Shown here: positions 62,292 through 64,000 of the stretch, one piece after another
Layout: each line of letters begins with the position of its first letter
Numbering within the stretch: position 1 is the first letter of the stretch
NCBI GenBank assembly: GCA_965263295.1
Contig: OZ253665.1
Span: 2,112,001 to 2,176,000, forward strand
Length of the DNA stretch: 64,000 bases
Reading direction: 5' to 3'
Source: Spirochaetia bacterium
GTDB lineage: Bacteria > Spirochaetota > Spirochaetia > SP-2023
Program-made: the position numbers and the translations under genes
Notes under the pieces: generated by a model
Told to the model about the DNA's origin: nothing
What the model saw: only the letters and a program-made list of their open reading frames with translations
Databases searched by the model: none

Positions 62292-63617
62292 ATGGTATCA
62301 AGCCGATTGATCCTAGATAAACAGATTACGGCCTATCGTCGCTTGCCCGCCGGCGAACGCCGTACATTACTTTATGATAGTATTCGGCAAGGCATTGAAG
62401 GCGGTGGAGAGCCTCTGGCCTCAGTTCTTTTTCTTTATATAGGGATTGAGTTTTTCGAACTACCGAGTGAGCAAAAAGCCTTTCTCGTCGCCAGTCGGGC
62501 TATCGGATTCTGTCTAGCTCCATTTCTGCCATTGTTGTTTTCACGCTGTCGCCTAAGACGTAGCAGCCTGGCCGCAATCTGTAATCTGGTCAGCGGGGTC
62601 TTCCTCCTTATGGCAGCTAATACCAACAATGGCCTAGCCTACACAATATTTTGTATTTTGTTTGTATTTTTCCTGTGCGTCAAAGTCCCTCTGTTTACCT
62701 ATATTTACCGTGAAAATTATCACAGTTCGCGCCGCGGTAAACTTTTTGCCTTAGGCAGTACCCTGCGGAATGTCTGCAATTTGGGCTTAAACCTGCTAAC
62801 AGCCCTCGTCATCAGCAATAGCCCCCAAGCCTACCGTTGGGTACTGGGGATTTACTCCATTTTTATTGTTATTAGTGGTCTAGTCAGTTTCCTAATCCCC
62901 TCACAGCGTTTCAATGAAGGATATCGTTCTCGTTCAGGGAGCTTCTCAAACACAACGAGTTTGAAACTTTGGCACCAAGGTCTCAAACTCGTACTCCGAG
63001 ACCGTCTCTTTTTATATATCTGTCTGGCCTGGTATTTCCTGGGCTTTGGAAACCTGGCTCTCATACCAATGCGAGTCGAATTTTTGCTCAGTCAGGAACC
63101 CGGCTCCTTCCCCCTTGCTTGCCTTAGCCCCGTTCAGCTGGTACTAACCCTGCAGATCCTTCCAGGTACTATCCGCAGCATCGGGACATTTCTCGGTGGC
63201 AAAATGTTTGATCGGATCCCCCTATTGCAATTCCGGATTCTGACTAATTTACTTTTTATTGCAGGAACGATGCTGTTTTTCCAGGCCGGCAACTGGTGGA
63301 TGCTATTACTAGGTGTTAGTGTATTTGGCTTGGCGGAAGCCGGGGCCCAATTTATTTGGAATCTGTGGGTTACTCACTTAGCACCCGGAAAAGAATACGT
63401 CGAATTATATATGAGTATTCATGTTTTTCTAAACGGAACTAGAGGCCTAATCGGACCTTTTGTCAGCTATGCCCTGCTTGCGCGACAAAGCTGGACGGAA
63501 GGCATAGGCCTACACGGTATTAGCGGTCTATCCTGGCTCAGCGTGGGGCTAATGCTAATCAGCACGTTAATGTTTGCCAGTATGGCCTATAACCCCAGAG
63601 TCAATTTGCGCTCTTAA
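62292..63617 (+). CDS. MFS transporter
   Basis: About 12 hydrophobic segments; ENYHSSRRGKLF and GGKMFDRIP loop motifs. Confidence 0.8.
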   Translation: MVSSRLILDKQITAYRRLPAGERRTLLYDSIRQGIEGGGEPLASVLFLYIGIEFFELPSEQKAFLVASRAIGFCLAPFLPLLFSRCRLRRSSLAAICNLVSGVFLLMAANTNNGLAYTIFCILFVFFLCVKVPLFTYIYRENYHSSRRGKLFALGSTLRNVCNLGLNLLTALVISNSPQAYRWVLGIYSIFIVISGLVSFLIPSQRFNEGYRSRSGSFSNTTSLKLWHQGLKLVLRDRLFLYICLAWYFLGFGNLALIPMRVEFLLSQEPGSFPLACLSPVQLVLTLQILPGTIRSIGTFLGGKMFDRIPLLQFRILTNLLFIAGTMLFFQAGNWWMLLLGVSVFGLAEAGAQFIWNLWVTHLAPGKEYVELYMSIHVFLNGTRGLIGPFVSYALLARQSWTEGIGLHGISGLSWLSVGLMLISTLMFASMAYNPRVNLRS

Positions 63618-63678
63618 AAATAGAAAAGACAACCATTCACTAGAACTCTGGGGGTCCATTCTGTGCCACCAGAGAATT

Positions 63679-64000
63679 TTATTCATGACCTGTACGCAAG
63701 ATAACGATATCTACACGTTTTGCTTTGGTCGTTCGGCCAGCAATGGCCTCTGTACGCATTTTACCATTTTTATCAAACCCTAACAGGCGGTCTGGCAATG
63801 GAGCTTTGTCGGCAAATCCAGCTACTTCAAAATTGGACTCATTTACACCCAGATTCACTAAATGGTGCAAAATGACAAGTGACCTGGCTACTGAAAGTTC
63901 CCAGTTACTGGGATAAGGGCCATCTGGATCGGGGGGCAAGCTATTGGTATGGCCTTCAATGCGAAAACGGCGTCTGGCCAACTCAGGAGAATTCAGCAAA
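63679..64000 (-). CDS. motB: Flagellar stator MotB / OmpA-like C-terminal domain (partial, 5' end outside the window)
   Basis: FRIEGHTN, SNWELSVARS, FEVAGFADKAP, KRVDIVI. Confidence 0.75.
   Translation of the reverse strand, partial: LLNSPELARRRFRIEGHTNSLPPDPDGPYPSNWELSVARSLVILHHLVNLGVNESNFEVAGFADKAPLPDRLLGFDKNGKMRTEAIAGRTTKAKRVDIVILRTGHE

Noticed and set aside
1..64000. CRISPR array, prophage or intact defence island
   Set aside because: No regularly spaced repeat-spacer array, cas gene, phage structural gene or integrase was recognised

Overview
Chromosomal window from a spirochaete, judged from the FlbB collar gene, the Borrelia/Treponema-like fla and secY-rpmJ-rpsM-rpsK-rpoA-rplQ gene orders, and a spirochaete-type BamD-like lipoprotein; the species cannot be named from the sequence. 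In order it holds: a cystine/dicarboxylate symporter; glgX; a dipeptide ABC operon with a perfect sigma-54 promoter motif; a DciA/DUF721 gene among IS5 relics; a SEL1-repeat gene plus an orphan gene; an atypical phosphate operon (pstS-NYN nuclease-pstC-pstA-pstB-phoU, with enlarged PstC and a PstS-like domain inside PstA); an ald-agcS-alr alanine cluster; another IS5 relic abutting a short ovoA-like 5' fragment; tehB; flgB..flbB; rpsL-rpsG-tuf without fusA, then the S10/spc/alpha cluster; tRNA-Pro(CGG); an opp operon; nrdG; a conserved hypothetical gene; the BamD-like lipoprotein; an MFS transporter; and the 3' end of motB. No CRISPR array, prophage or intact transposase was seen. The best candidates for new biology are the nuclease-containing, domain-expanded Pst system and the IS-truncated ovoA remnant at an apparent inversion breakpoint. 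All family assignments come from motif recognition by eye; no database search was run.
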